Shown here piece by piece: positions 11,100 to 23,900 of a stretch of 42,757 nucleotides of DNA. Below the pieces are notes generated by a model, which did no database searches, was not told where the DNA came from, and saw only the letters and a program-made list of their open reading frames with translations. The translations under genes were made by a program, and so were the position numbers. Position 1 is the first letter of the stretch. Every line of letters starts with the position of its first letter. Origin of the DNA: Nemertoderma westbladi (lineage: Eukaryota > Animalia > Xenacoelomorpha); contig JAUCBJ010001615.1 in the NCBI GenBank assembly GCA_032718475.1, forward strand, positions 1 to 42,757. Reading direction: 5' to 3'.

Positions 11100-12250
11100 T
11101 CAGGTAGATGGCGGCGGGTGTTTGAAAAAGGTGGACTGGACACAGAAAACATGGACAACGGACAGACCAATCAGAAACGTATTATGCAAAGCAGTTTGTA
11201 GCAATTGGTCTGTCCACCTTTTTCAAGTTTTCACTTTCTTAGTTACATAATTGGAAATAAGATGTGTTTTTGAAAAAGGTGGACTGGACACATGCACAAA
11301 AAACATAGATAATAGTTTGACCAATCAGAAACGTATTAAAGCAGCTATTTATTAGTGATTGGACTGTCCACCTTTTTCAGGTTTCAATTATCTACAGTAT
11401 CTATAATGGGCATGCTGGAAGCAGCTGCCATAAGAATGCTATGCCCCCCCCCCCCCCACCCCCGCGCGGATTGCCCCCCTATAGACTTACAGTATAATAA
11501 TAGTAGGTCTAGCGTACCGTACAGCACTTTAACTTGGATTATTGGTTTATTTTTGTGGTTGGGTTAGTTGGTCAGGCCCAAAACCTAATTAAAACTGTCA
11601 TTAGCCTTAAAGTCATAACCTTAAAGTCCCGATGCTCTAATCTAAGAAATTTTGTGGAATTTAGGATCCAAAATATTTAAGGTTGGGGTTACATGACAGT
11701 TTTAATTAAGGTTTTGGGCCTCCATTTCCACTTTGAATTAGGGTTTCGGAAAGCCACTCCCAAAATATGGGGACTTATTTACCTCCCTCGCTGCGCTCGG
11801 TCGTTTAATAACAGATCTCGGGATGATTATATTTCCCTCACAGTAAAATAGGTAGTTATTATAATTAACGTTCCAATATTGATGCTAAGGCTTTGTAAGG
11901 CTCAGCTCACAGACTTCGTGTCTTGCCCCATATTATTGAACTATGCCTATTTCGACAACTTCGGTTGGTCACAGTAAGTATGGGATAATAATAACAATAA
12001 TAATCCATAAAAACCTTCTGAAATTTTTCGAAAAACGTGGACAGAGCTGCTATAATGTGCATATTAATCTCTGATTGGTCAATTCATTGCCTGTTCTTTC
12101 TCAAACCAGTCCACCTTATTCAAATTTGAAAAAGGAAAAAGGTGGACAACAAAGCTGAAAACGGCGGACATGCTGTGTGACGCAAATCGCCCGTGATTGG
12201 TCAGTCCATTGTCCTGTGTCCAGTCCACACACCTGATGGTGGCGGCGGGA
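11100..12250. mobile_element. Cluster of four ~100-bp TIR units (TGAAAAAGGTGGAC...GTCCACCTTTTTCA) arranged as two direct + two inverted copies, MITE/foldback-like
   Basis: Units at ~11122-11227 and 11270-11380, and in reverse orientation at ~12028-12125 and 12135-12230. Each has an internal GACCAATCA / TGATTGGTC. Confidence 0.6.
11574..11721. mobile_element. Small MITE-like inverted repeat
   Basis: AGGCCCAAAACCTAATTAAAACTGTCA (11574-11600) vs TGACAGTTTTAATTAAGGTTTTGGGCCT (11694-11721). Confidence 0.55.
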
Positions 12251-12939
12251 AATACAAACGACCTGTACATAAACAGTAGGCCTAAGAAAACAAACATTGC
12301 TTTCGGCTGTTATACCTTTCAGTCCAGTCTTTCTGTCTTTCGGTCAGCAGTCAGCGGAGTCAGGGTCTGGGACTCAGAGTGTTGGCGATTGCATCACCTC
12401 CGCATTGTTGGAGAAGACAGACGATCGAGATGTTGACGTTGAGGCGTCCACATATACGTACGTAGGTCAGTAGGTGGTAGGCCAGGCCCTACAGTCAGAC
12501 AGTAGGCCTATACAGACACATACGTTGTCTGTCAGTCTGCTGGTCTGTGTTACAGTGTAAGCAGGTAAGGGCGGCACGGGGGCTTGGTGCCTGTAGCTTT
12601 ACTCCTGTACTTTACAGCTTTAGTAGAAACAGTAAAAACTATTAAGTCTGAACAGCTGAAAGTCCGGGTCAGACAGTACCGTTACGTCTGTTTGTCTGTC
12701 AGCACGTACCGGTATTGAGGTTGTAAAGTTGAGGTGCAAGGTGCCAATGCCAAGCATGGCCTACTATATACAGATATGAGATATAATTATATACATATAG
12801 TAGGCCATGTGCCAAGGTACCGGTCCGGTCTGCCGGTAGGCCTCGTATCATTACCGGTACACTTTACTGCTTTACCGTATTCGTTGTCACTTCTGCACTT
12901 GTTTTTTTGTCACTGTCAGTGGTCAGACTATTCAGACTT

Positions 12940-13197
12940 GTCGCAGTGTCCGAGTGGATACGGCGCCTGAACTGCTTACACAATAGTGTTTGGTGGCGCA
13001 GGTTCGAATCCGACTAAAGGCTGTAGAAATTTCGCACTGTTGTGTCCCTAGGCAAGACACTTTAGACATTAGTGCCTACGTCAACCCAGCGGTATAATGG
13101 GAACCTGGCTTTGCTGGGGTAATGATAATAAAAGCGCTTTGAGTATGCTGAGCGTAGAAAAGCGCCATATAAATAACCAATATTATATTATTATTAT
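12940..13197 (+). mobile_element. tRNA-derived SINE with CORE-like centre and LINE2-like 3' tail
   Basis: A-box-like GTGTCCGAGTGG, B-box GGTTCGAATCC, TTGTGTCCCTAGGCAAGACACTT (CORE-SINE-like), tail AAAGCGCTTTGAG...GAAAAGCGCCATATAAAT followed by (TTA)n. Confidence 0.8.
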
Positions 13198-13369
13198 AGA
13201 CTGTCAGATTACAGCATTTCCTGAATTTACTGCATACTGTTAGATTTCGATTTCGTAAGTTTACAGATTACCGGTACGCGGTACGTCAGTAGGTACGGTA
13301 CCGGTACATTAATTTAATATACAACAATCTGACAACTGACACTAAAACTGGAAATCTGCAAATGCTGAA

Positions 13370-15046
13370 ATGGGTAAACCCAAACGCATTTCGGACGGTT
13401 CATCTCCACGGGAGCAAATGTTCCTAGTTGTTGGCGACATCGTAAAGGAGTTGATAGTCGCCCACAAAGAAGGAAAAAACTTAAACTTAAACAAACTAAA
13501 GTGTGAGGCCTCTGCGCGGTACGGGTTGGCTTCGCAACCCAAACTGGTAGAGATAATAGCGGCGGTACCGCGTGAGTACCGTACCGCATTGGTACCGCGA
13601 CTCCGCGCGAAACCAGTACGAACCGCCAGCGGGATCGCCGTAGTCGCGGTTATGTGTAAACCACATCGCTGCCCGCACATCAGTATGACCGGCAACGTGT
13701 GCGTTTACTGTCCGGGGGGGCCGGACTCTGACTTCGAGTACTCCACGCAGTCGTACACAGGCTACGAGCCGACCTCGATGCGAGCCATCCGAGCGCGGTA
13801 CAACCCGTATCTACAGACGCGGAATCGGGTCGACCAACTCCGACAGCTGGGACACTCTGTGGATAAAGTCGAGTTTATTATTATGGGCGGCACTTTTATG
13901 TGTCTCTCCGAGGCCTACCGGGACTACTTTATACGGAATCTACACGACGCCCTTAGCGGGCACACTAGCAACTCAGTGTCCGAAGCAGTTCGCTTCTCAG
14001 AGCGCAGTAACTCTAAGTGTATCGGTATCACCATAGAAACACGACCGGATTACTGTCTACGCAGACACCTATCCGCTATGCTGCAGTACGGATGTACCCG
14101 GTTGGAGATAGGCGTACAGAGTGTCTACGAGGACGTTGCTAGGGATACCAACCGAGGTCACACAGTGCGCGCTACCACCGAGAGCTTCCAACTGAGTAAG
14201 GACGCCGGTTTCAAGGTGGTCTCTCATATGATGCCGGATCTCCCCAACGTGGGTTGGGAACGGGACATCGACGGGTTCATCGAACTATTCGAGAACCCAG
14301 AGTTCCGACCCGACGGGTTGAAGATTTACCCGACGCTGGTGATCCGAGGAACCGGGTTGTACGAACTGTGGAAGACAGGGAGGTATAAAAGCTACCCGCC
14401 AGCTATGCTGGTTGACTTGGTCTCCCGGATACTGTCCCTTGTCCCGCCGTGGACCCGAGTCTACCGGGTACAACGGGACATCCCCATGCCATTAGTGACC
14501 TCGGGCGTGGAGCACGGGAATCTGCGGGAGCTAGCCCTGCAGCGGATGGCGGACCTCGGCTTGCGGTGTCGGGACGTCCGGACACGGGAGGTCGGCATTC
14601 AGGAGATACACAACTCGGTGCGTCCGTACCACACGGAGTTAGTGCGGAGGGAGTATTGGGCGAACGGCGGGTGGGAGACCTTCCTATCCTACGAGGACGC
14701 TGAACAGGACATACTGATTGGTCTACTCAGACTGCGGCAATGCTCACCAGATACATACAGACCCGAGTTGTTACCTAGTGACGGTCGCACGGTCTCTATA
14801 GTTCGGGAACTACACGTCTACGGGTCCGTTGTTCCCGTGAGTTCCCGAGATCCCGGGAAGTTCCAACACCAGGGGTTCGGAACCTTGTTGATGGAGGAGG
14901 CGGAACGCATTGCGTGTGAGGAACACGGTTCTTATAAACTCGCCGTTATATCGGGGGTGGGAACGAGGAATTATTACAAGAAGTTGGGATACTGTCTAGA
15001 TGGAGTTTATATGACCAAATTATTGGATTACCAACAATTTATTTAA
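13370..15046 (+). CDS. ELP3: Elongator complex protein 3 (radical-SAM + KAT tRNA wobble-uridine acetyltransferase), intronless CDS, 558 aa
   Basis: [23 protein letters not shown]...[34 protein letters not shown]; CX9CX2C Fe-S motif; ETRPDYC; RELHVYG; QHQGFG acetyl-CoA motif; [11 protein letters not shown]. Full length and uninterrupted. Confidence 0.99.
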   Translation: MGKPKRISDGSSPREQMFLVVGDIVKELIVAHKEGKNLNLNKLKCEASARYGLASQPKLVEIIAAVPREYRTALVPRLRAKPVRTASGIAVVAVMCKPHRCPHISMTGNVCVYCPGGPDSDFEYSTQSYTGYEPTSMRAIRARYNPYLQTRNRVDQLRQLGHSVDKVEFIIMGGTFMCLSEAYRDYFIRNLHDALSGHTSNSVSEAVRFSERSNSKCIGITIETRPDYCLRRHLSAMLQYGCTRLEIGVQSVYEDVARDTNRGHTVRATTESFQLSKDAGFKVVSHMMPDLPNVGWERDIDGFIELFENPEFRPDGLKIYPTLVIRGTGLYELWKTGRYKSYPPAMLVDLVSRILSLVPPWTRVYRVQRDIPMPLVTSGVEHGNLRELALQRMADLGLRCRDVRTREVGIQEIHNSVRPYHTELVRREYWANGGWETFLSYEDAEQDILIGLLRLRQCSPDTYRPELLPSDGRTVSIVRELHVYGSVVPVSSRDPGKFQHQGFGTLLMEEAERIACEEHGSYKLAVISGVGTRNYYKKLGYCLDGVYMTKLLDYQQFI

Positions 15047-15204
15047 TAATTCAGTTTATTCTGTAATTATTTATTTGATTTTTTCGAGGTGTAATTAAAT
15101 ATTAATAGTACTGTTCGAAATAGATTGCGGTTGAGCTTGTTTATATGCACTAACCTGGGTCTGGGCTGGGTTGATGGGTTGGATATAAGAAACACACGTA
15201 CACG

Positions 15205-15332
15205 CACGAACACACTCACATGGGTTAGATCTAAGGAACACATACATATGGCTGTATGGGTTAGATCCTATAGAACACACTCACATGGGCTAGATCCTAT
15301 TGAACACACTCACCTGGGTTAGATCTAAGAAC
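15205..15332 (-). repeat. 3-4 decayed ~30-bp tandem copies of the DRC3 exon end + donor (TAGATCTAACCCAG|GTGAGTGTGTTC)
   Basis: Plus strand GAACACACTCACATGGGTTAGATCTA-like units at ~15208, 15255, 15273 and 15302. Confidence 0.75.
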
Positions 15333-15475
15333 GCTGATTTCTTATATTCCAGAAAGTCGTTTATTGTTTCTGCACATCTGTTAGCGTTTTGTGTTTTGGC
15401 ATCTTGCAGAGAGGCGAAAAAGTCCTGTACCTCTTCGGAACGCTTTTTGTGTTGTTTCAGTCCGTATTCAAAAAG
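15314..15475 (-). CDS. DRC3: DRC3/LRRC48 exon (LFEYGLKQHKKRSEEVQDFFASLQDAKTQNANRCAETINDFLEYKKSAFLDLTQ)
   Basis: ccccttag| acceptor, CAG|gtgagt donor, 162 nt, phase 0-0; FEYGLKQ..KR..E motif of DRC3. Confidence 0.93.
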
Positions 15476-15544
15476 CTAAGGGGAAAATTTTAATTAAACT
15501 TTCCTACAAGAATCACATGTGCGTATTTCATACCTTGGCAAAAG

Positions 15545-17860
15545 AACTTACTGTACGTGTAAAGGGTTAACTTACTGTACGTGTAAAGGGCTAACTTACT
15601 GTACGTGTAAAGGGCTAACTTACTGTACGTGTAAAGGGTTAACTTACTGTACGTGTAAAGGGTTAACTTACTGTACGTGTAAAGGGTTAACTTACTGTAC
15701 GTGTAAAGGGTTAACTTACTGTACGTGTAAAGGGTTAACTTACTGTACGTGTAAAGGGTTAACTTACTGTACGTGTAAAGGGTTAACTTACTGTACTTGT
15801 AAGGGGTTAACTTACTGTACGTGTAAAGGGTTAACTTACTGTACGTGTAAAGGGTTAACTTACTGTACGTGTAAAGGGTTAACTTACTGTACGTGTGAAG
15901 GGTTAACTTACTGTACGTGTAAAGGGTTAACTTACTGTACGTGTAAAGGGTTAACTTACTGTACGTGTAAAGGGTTAACTTACTGTACGTGTAAAGGGTT
16001 AACTTACTGTACGTGTAAAGGGTTAACTTACTGTACGTGTAAAGGGTTAACTTACTGTACGTGTAAAGGGTTAACTTACTGTACGTGTAAAGGGCTAACT
16101 TACTGTACGTGTAAAGGGTTAACTTACTGTACGGAACGTGTAAAGGGTTAACTTACTGTACGTGTAAAGGGTTAACTTACTGTACGTGTAAAGGGTTAAC
16201 TTACTGTACGTGTAAAGGTTAACTTACTGTACGTGTAAAGGGTTAACTTACTGTACGTGTAAAGGGTTAGTGTAAAGGGTTAACTTACTATACGTGTAAA
16301 GGGTTAACTTACTGTACGTGTAAAGGGTTAACTTACTGTACGTGTAAAGGGTTAACTTACTGTACGTGGAAAGGGTTAACTTACTGTACGTGTAAAGGGT
16401 TAACTTACTGTACGTGTAAATGGTTAACTTACTGTACATGTAAAGGGTTAACTTACTGTACCTGTAAAGGGTTAACTTACTGTACGTGTAAAGGGTTAAC
16501 TTACTGTACGTGTAAAGGGTTAAATTACTGTACGTGTAAAGGGTTAACTTACTGTACGTGTAAAGGGTTAACTTACTGTACGTGTAAAGGGTTAACTTAC
16601 TGTACGTGTAAAGGGTTAACTTACTGTACGTGTAAAGGGTTAACTTACTGTAAGTGTAAAGGGTTAACTTACCGTACGTGTAAAGGGTTAACTTACTGTA
16701 CTTGTTGTAAAGGGTTAACTTACTGTACGTGTAAAGGGTTAACTTACTGTACGTGTAAAGGGTTAACTTACTGTACGTGTAAAGGGTTACCTTACTGTAC
16801 GTGTAAAGGGTTAACTTACTGTACGTGTAAGGGTTAACTTACTGTACGTGTAAAGGGTTAACTTACTGTACGTGTAAAGGGTTAACTTACTGTACGTGTA
16901 AAGGGTTAACTTACTGTACTTGTAAAGGGTTAACTTACTGTACGTGTAAAGGGTTAACTTACTGTACGTATTAAGGGTTAACTTACTGTAAAGGGCTAAC
17001 TTACTGTACGTGTAAAGGGTTAACTTACTGTACGTGTAAAGGGTTAGTGTAAAGGGTTAACTTACTGTACTTGTAAAGGGTTAACTTACTGTACGTGTAA
17101 AGGGCTAACTTACTGTACGTGTAAAGGGTTAACTTACTGTACGTGTAAAGGGTTAACTTACTGTACGTGTAAAGGGTCAACTTACTGTGCGTGCAAAGGG
17201 TTAGTGTAAAGGGTTAACTTACTGTACGTGTAAAGGGTTAACTTACTGTACGTGTAAAGGGTTAACTTACTGTACGTGTAAAGGGTTAACTTACTGTACG
17301 TGTAAAGGGTTAACTTACTGTGCTTGCAAAGGGTTAGTGTAAAGGGTTAACTTATTGTACGTGTAAAGGGCTAACTTACTGTACGTGTAAGGGTTAACTT
17401 ACTGTACGTGTAAAGGGTTAACTTACTGTACGTGTAAAGGGTTAACTTACTGTACGTGTAAAGGGTTAACTTACTGTACGTGTAAAGGGTTAGTGTAAAG
17501 GGTTAACTTACTGTACTTGTAAAGGGTTAACTTACTGTACGTGTAAAGGGCTAACTTACTGTACGTGTAAAGGGTTAACTTACTGTACGTGTACAGGGTT
17601 AACTTACTGTACGTGTAAAGGGTTAACTTACTGTACGTGTAAAGGGTTAGTGTAAAGGGTTAACTTACTGTACGTGTAAAGGGTTAACTTACTGTACGTG
17701 TAAAGGGTTAACTTACTGTACGCGTAAAGGGCTAACTTACTGTACGTGTAAAGGGTTAACTTACTGTACGTGTAAAGGGTTAACTTACTGTACGTGTAAA
17801 GGGTTAACTTACTGTACGTGTAAAGGGTTAACGTACTGTACGTGTAAATGGTTAACTTAC
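15545..17860 (-). repeat. 24-bp satellite (plus: CTTACTGTACGTGTAAAGGGTTAA; minus: GTAAGTTAACCCTTTACACGTACA), ~95 copies
   Basis: Highly homogeneous tandem array; gives the (LTYCTCKG)n pseudo-ORF 15519-16151. Confidence 0.98.
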
Positions 17861-17984
17861 AGGCGGCAATGTGAATGAAAATGTCGGAGTTACAATCTTG
17901 ATACATAATTAAGTAAAATGATTTACTGAATTTAAGTACTTGTGTAGGCCTATAGATACTAGATTACTTCTTGAATTCCTACTC

Positions 17985-20900
17985 TTTGAACACCTCCAGT
18001 GGTTCCTCCCTACCTGTATAGATATCCTATTACGCATTTCATTGTTTGAACTCCTCCAATGTGGTTCCTCCCTACCTGTATAGATATACTAGTACACTTT
18101 TCTTTGAACTCCTCCTGTGTAGTTCCTCCCTACCTGTATAGATACTAGTACACTTTTCTTTGAAGGCCTCCAGTGGTTCCTCCCTACCGGTATAGATATA
18201 CTAGTACACTTTTCTTTGATCTCCTCCAGTGGTTCCTCCCTACATGTATAGATATACTAGTACACTTTTCTTTGACCTCCTCCAGTGGTTCCTCCCTACC
18301 TGTATAGATATACTAGTACACTTTTCTTTGATCTCCTCCAGTGGTTCCTCCCTACCTGTATAGATATACTAGTACACTTTTCTTTGAACTCCTCCTGTGT
18401 AGTTCCTCCCTACCTGTATAGATACTAGTACACTTTTCTTTGAAGGCCTCCAGTGGTTCCTCCCTACCGGTATAGATATACTAGTACACTTTTCTTTGAC
18501 CTCCTCCAGTGGTCCCTCCCTACCTGTATATATATACTAGTACACTTTTCTTTGATCTCCTCCAGTGGTTCCTCCCTACCTGTATAGATATACTAGTACA
18601 CTTTTCTTTGACCTCCTCCAGTGGTTCCTCCCTACCTGTATAGATATACTAGTACACTTTTCTTTGAACTCCTCCAGTGGTTCCTCCCTACCTGTATAGA
18701 TATACTAGTACACTTTTCTTTGAACTCCTCCTGTGTAGTTCCTCCCTACCTGTATAGATACTAGTACACTTTTCTTTGAAGGCCTCCAGTGGTTGCTCCC
18801 TACCGGTATAGATATACTAGTACACTTTTCTTTGATCTCCTCCAGTGGTTCCTCCCTACCTGTATAGATATACTAGTACACTTTTCTTTGACCTCCTCCA
18901 GTGGTCCCTCCCTACCTGTATAGATATACTAGTACACTTTTCTTTGATCTCCTCCAGTGGTTCCTCCCTACCTGTATAGATATACTAGTACACTTTTCTT
19001 TGAACTCCTCCAGTGGTTGCTCCCTACCGGTATAGATATACTAGTAGTGTGGATGAGTTTCTTTGAACTCATCCAGTGGTTCCTTCCTACCTGTATAGAT
19101 ATACTAGTACACTTTTCTTTGAAGGCCTCCAGTGGTTCCTCCCTACCGGTATAGATATACTAGTACACTTTTCTTTGAACTCCTCCAGTGGTTCCTCCCT
19201 ACCTGTATAGATATACTAGTACACTTTTCTTTGAACTCCTCCAGTGGTTCCTCCCTATCGGTATAGATATACTAGTACACTTTTCTTTGACCGCCTCCAG
19301 TGGTTCCTCCCTACCGGTATAGATATACTAGTACACTTTTCTTTGACCTCCTCCAGTGGTCCCTCCCTACCTGTATAGATATACTAGTACACTTTTCTTT
19401 GATCTCCTCCAGTGGTTCCTCCCTACCTGTATAGATATACTAGTACACTTTTCTTTGAACTCCTCCAGTGGTCCCTCCCTACCTGTATAGATATACTAGT
19501 ACACTTTTCTTTGAACTCCTCCAGTGGTTGCTCCCTACCGGTATAGATATACTAGTAGTGTGGATGAGTTTCTTTGAACTCATCCAGTGGTTCCTTCCTA
19601 CCTGTATAGATATACTAGTACACTTTTCTTTGAAGGCCTCCAGTGGTTCCTCCCTACCGGTATAGATATACTAGTACACTTTTCTTTGAACTCCTCCAGT
19701 GGTTCCTTCCTACCTGTATAGATATACTAGTACACTTTTCTTTGAAGGCCTCCAGTGGTTCCTCCCTACCGGTATAGATATACTAGTACACTTTTCTTTG
19801 AACTCCTCCAGTGGTTCCTCCCTATCGGTATAGATATACTAGTACACTTTTCTTTGAACTCATCCAGTGGTTCCTTCCTACCTGTATAGATATACTAGTA
19901 CACTTTTCTTTGAAGGCCTCCAGTGGTTCCTCCCTACCGGTATAGATATACTAGTACACTTTTCTTTGACCGCCTCCAGTGGTTCCTCCCTACCGGTATA
20001 GATATACTAGTACACTTTTCTTTGACCTCCTCCAGTGGTCCCTCCCTACCTGTATAGATATACTAGTACACTTTTCTTTGACCTCCTCCAGTGGTTCTTC
20101 CCTACCGGTATAGATATCCTAGTACACTTTTCTTTGACCTCCTCCAGTGGTTCCTCCCTACCTGTATAGATATACTAGTACACTTTTCTTTGACTTCCTC
20201 CAGTGGTTCCTCCCTACCGGTATAGATATACTAGTACACTTTTCTTTGAACTCCTCCAGTGGTTCCTCCCTACCTGTATAGATACTAGTACACATTTCTT
20301 TGAACTCCTCCAGTGGTTCCTCCCTACCGGTATAGATATACTAGTACACTTTTCTTTGAACTCCTCCAGTGGTTCCTCCCTACCTGTATAGATACTTGTA
20401 CACCTTTCTTTGAACTCCTCCAGTGGTTCCTTCCTACCTGTATAGATATACTAGTACACTTTTCTTTGACCTCCTCCAGTGGTTCCTCCCTACCTGTATA
20501 GATATACTATTACACTTTTCTTTGAAGGCCTCCAGTGGTTCCTCCCTACCTGTATAGATATACTAGTACACTTTTCTTTGACCTGCTCCAGTGGTTCCTC
20601 CCTACCTGTATAGATACTAGTACACTTTTCTTTGAACTCCTCCAGTGGTCCCTCCCTACCTGTATAGATATACTAGTACATTTTTCTTTGACCTCCTCCA
20701 GTGGTTCTTCCCTACCGGTATAGATATCCTAGTACACCTTTCTTTGAACTCCTCCAGTGGTTCCTCCCTACCTGTATAGATATACTAGTACACTTTTCTT
20801 TGACCTTCTCCAGTGGTTTCTCCCTACCTGTATACACTAGATATACTAGTACACTTTTCTTTGATCTCCTCCAGTGGTTCCTCCCACCTGTATAGATATA

Positions 20901-23900
20901 CTAGTGCACTTTTCTTTGACCTCCTCCAGTGGTTTCTCCCTACCTGTATAGATATACTAGTACACTTTTCTTTGACCTCCTCCAGTGGTTTCTCCCTACC
21001 TGTATAGATAGATATACTAGTACACTTTTCTTTGACCTGCTCCAGTGGTTCCTCCCTACCTGTATAGATACTAGTACACTTTTCTTTGAACTCCTCCAGT
21101 GGTCCCTCCCTACCGGTATAGATATACTAGTACACTTTTCTTTGAACTCCTCCAGTGGTTTCTCCCTACCTGTATAGATATACTAGTACACTTTTCTTTG
21201 AACTCCTCCAGTGGTTTCTCCCTACCTGTATAGATATACTAGTACACTTTTCTTTGAACTCCTCCAGTGGTTTCTCCCTACCTGTATAGATATACTAGTA
21301 CACTTTTCTTTGAACTCCTCCAGTGGTTTCTCCCTACCTGTATAGATATACTAGTACACTTTTCTTTGAAGGCCTCCAGTGGTTCCTCCCTACCTGTACA
21401 CTTTTCTTTGATCTCCTCCAGTGGTTTCTCCCTACCTGTATAGATAGATATACTAAGTACACTTTTCTTTGACCTCCTCCAGTGGTTTCTCCCTACCTGT
21501 ATAGATATACTAGTACACTTTTCTTTGAACTCCTCCAGTGGTTCCTCCCTACCTGTATAGATATACTACAGTGTTACACTTTTCTTTGAAGGCCTCCAGT
21601 GGTTCCTCCATGCCTGTATAGATATACTAGTACACTTTTCTTTGACCTCCTCCAGTGGTTTCTCCCTACCTGTATAGATATACTAGTACACTTTTCTTTG
21701 ACCTCCTCCAGTGGTTTCTCCCTACCTGTATAGATATACTAGTACACTTTTCTTTGAAGGCCTCCAGTGGTTCCTCCCTACCTGTATAGATATACTAGTA
21801 CACTTTTCTTTGACCTCCTCCAGTGGTTTCTCCCTACCTGTATAGATAGTACACTTTTCTTTGACCTCCTCCAGTGGTTTCTCCCTACCTGTATATATAT
21901 ACTAGTACACTTTTCTTTGACCTCCTCCAGTGGTTTCTCCCTACCTGTATAGATATACTAGTACACTTTTTTTGACCTCCTCCAGTGGTTTCTCCCTACC
22001 TGTATAGATATACTAGTACACTTTTCTTTGAAGGCCTCCAGTGGTTCCTCCCTACCTGTATAGATATACTAGTACACTTTTCTTTGACCTCCTCCAGTGG
22101 TTTCTCCCTACCTGTATAGATAGTACACTTTTCTTTGACCTCCTCCAGTGGTTTCTCCCTACCTGTATAGATATACTAGTACACTTTTCTTTGAACTCCT
22201 CCAGTGGTTTCTCCCTACCTGTATAGATAGATATACTAAGTACACTTTTCTTTGACCTCCTCCAGTGGTTTCTCCCTACCTGTATAGATATACTAGTACA
22301 CTTTTCTTTGATCTCCTCCAGTGGTTCCTCCCACCTGTATAGATATACTAGTACACTTTTCTTTGAACTCCTCCAGTGGTTCCTCCCTACCTGTATATAT
22401 ATACTACAGTATTACACTTTTCTTTGAAGGCCTCCAGTGGTTCCTCCATGCCTGTATAGATATACTAGTACACTTTTCGTTGACCTCCTCCAGTGGTTTC
22501 TCCCTACCTGTATAGATATACTAGTACACTTTTCTTTGACCTCCTCCAGTGGTTTCTCCCTACCTGTATAGATATACTAGTACACTTTTCTTTGACCTCC
22601 TCCAGTGGTTTCTCCCTACCTGTATAGATATACTAGTACACTTTTCTTTGACCTGCTCCAGTGGTTCCTCCCTACCTGTATAGATATACTAGTACACTTT
22701 TCTTTGACCTCCTCCAGTGGTTTCTCCCTACCTGTATAGATATACTAGTACACTTTTCTTTGACCTCCTCCAGTGGTTTCTCCCTACCTGTATAGATAGA
22801 TATACTAGTACACTTTTCTTTGAACTCATCCAGTGGTTCCTTCCTACCTGTATAGATAGATATACTAAGTACACTTTTCTTTGACCTCCTCCAGTGGTCC
22901 CTCCCTACCTGTATAGATATACTAGTACACTTTTCTTTGAAGGCCTCCAGTGGTTCCTCCCTACCGGTATAGATATACTAGTACACTTTTCTTTGACCTC
23001 CTCCAGTGGTTCCTCCCTACCTGTATAGATATACTATTACACTTTTCTTTGACCTCCTCCAGTGGTTTCTCCCTACCTGTATAGATATACTAGTACACTT
23101 TTCTTTGACCTCCTCCAGTGGTTTCTCCCTACCTGTATAGATAGATATACTAGTACACTTTTCTTTGAACTCATCCAGTGGTTCCTTCCTACCTGTATAG
23201 ATAGATGTACTAGTACACTTTTCTTTGACCTCCTCCAGTGGTTCCTCCCTACCTGTATAGATATACTATTACACTTTTCTTTGACCTCCTCCAGTGGTTT
23301 CTCCCTACCTGTATAGATATACTAGTACACTTTTCTTTGACCTCCTCCAGTGGTTTCTCCCTACCTGTATAGATATACTAGTACACTTTTCTTTGACCTC
23401 CTCCAGTGGTTTCTCCCTACCTGTATAGATATACTAGTACACTTTTCTTTGACCTCCTCCAGTGGTTTCTCCCTACCTGTATAGATATACTAGTACACTT
23501 TTCTTTGAAGGCCTCCAGTGGTTCCTCCCTACCTGTATAGATATACTAGTACACTTTTCTTTGACCTCCTCCAGTGGTTTCTCCCTACCTGTATAGATAT
23601 ACTAGTACACTTTTCTTTGACCTCCTCCAGTGGTTTCTCCCTACCTGTATAGATATACTAGTACACTTTTCTTTGACCTCCTCCAGTGGTTTCTCCCTAC
23701 CTGTATAGATATACTAGTACACTTTTCTTTGAAGGCCTCCAGTGGTTCCTCCCTACCTGTATAGATATACTAGTACACTTTTCTTTGACCTCCTCCAGTG
23801 GTTTCTCCCTACCTGTATAGATATACTAGTACACTTTTCTTTGACCTCCTCCAGTGGTTCCTCCCTACCTGTATAGATATACTAGTGCACTTTTCTTTGA

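Noticed and set aside
12940-13020. Functional tRNA gene
   Set aside because: No complete cloverleaf or acceptor stem; continues into a SINE body and LINE-like tail. The same applies to 5880-5950.
13314-14703. Short overlapping and antisense ORFs within ELP3
   Set aside because: Shadow frames of a GC-rich CDS with no recognisable motifs.
15519-16151. 210-aa Cys-rich (LTYCTCKG)n metallothionein-like ORF
   Set aside because: 24-bp satellite with no synonymous-biased variation, a GTG start, and frame broken by indels further along the same array.
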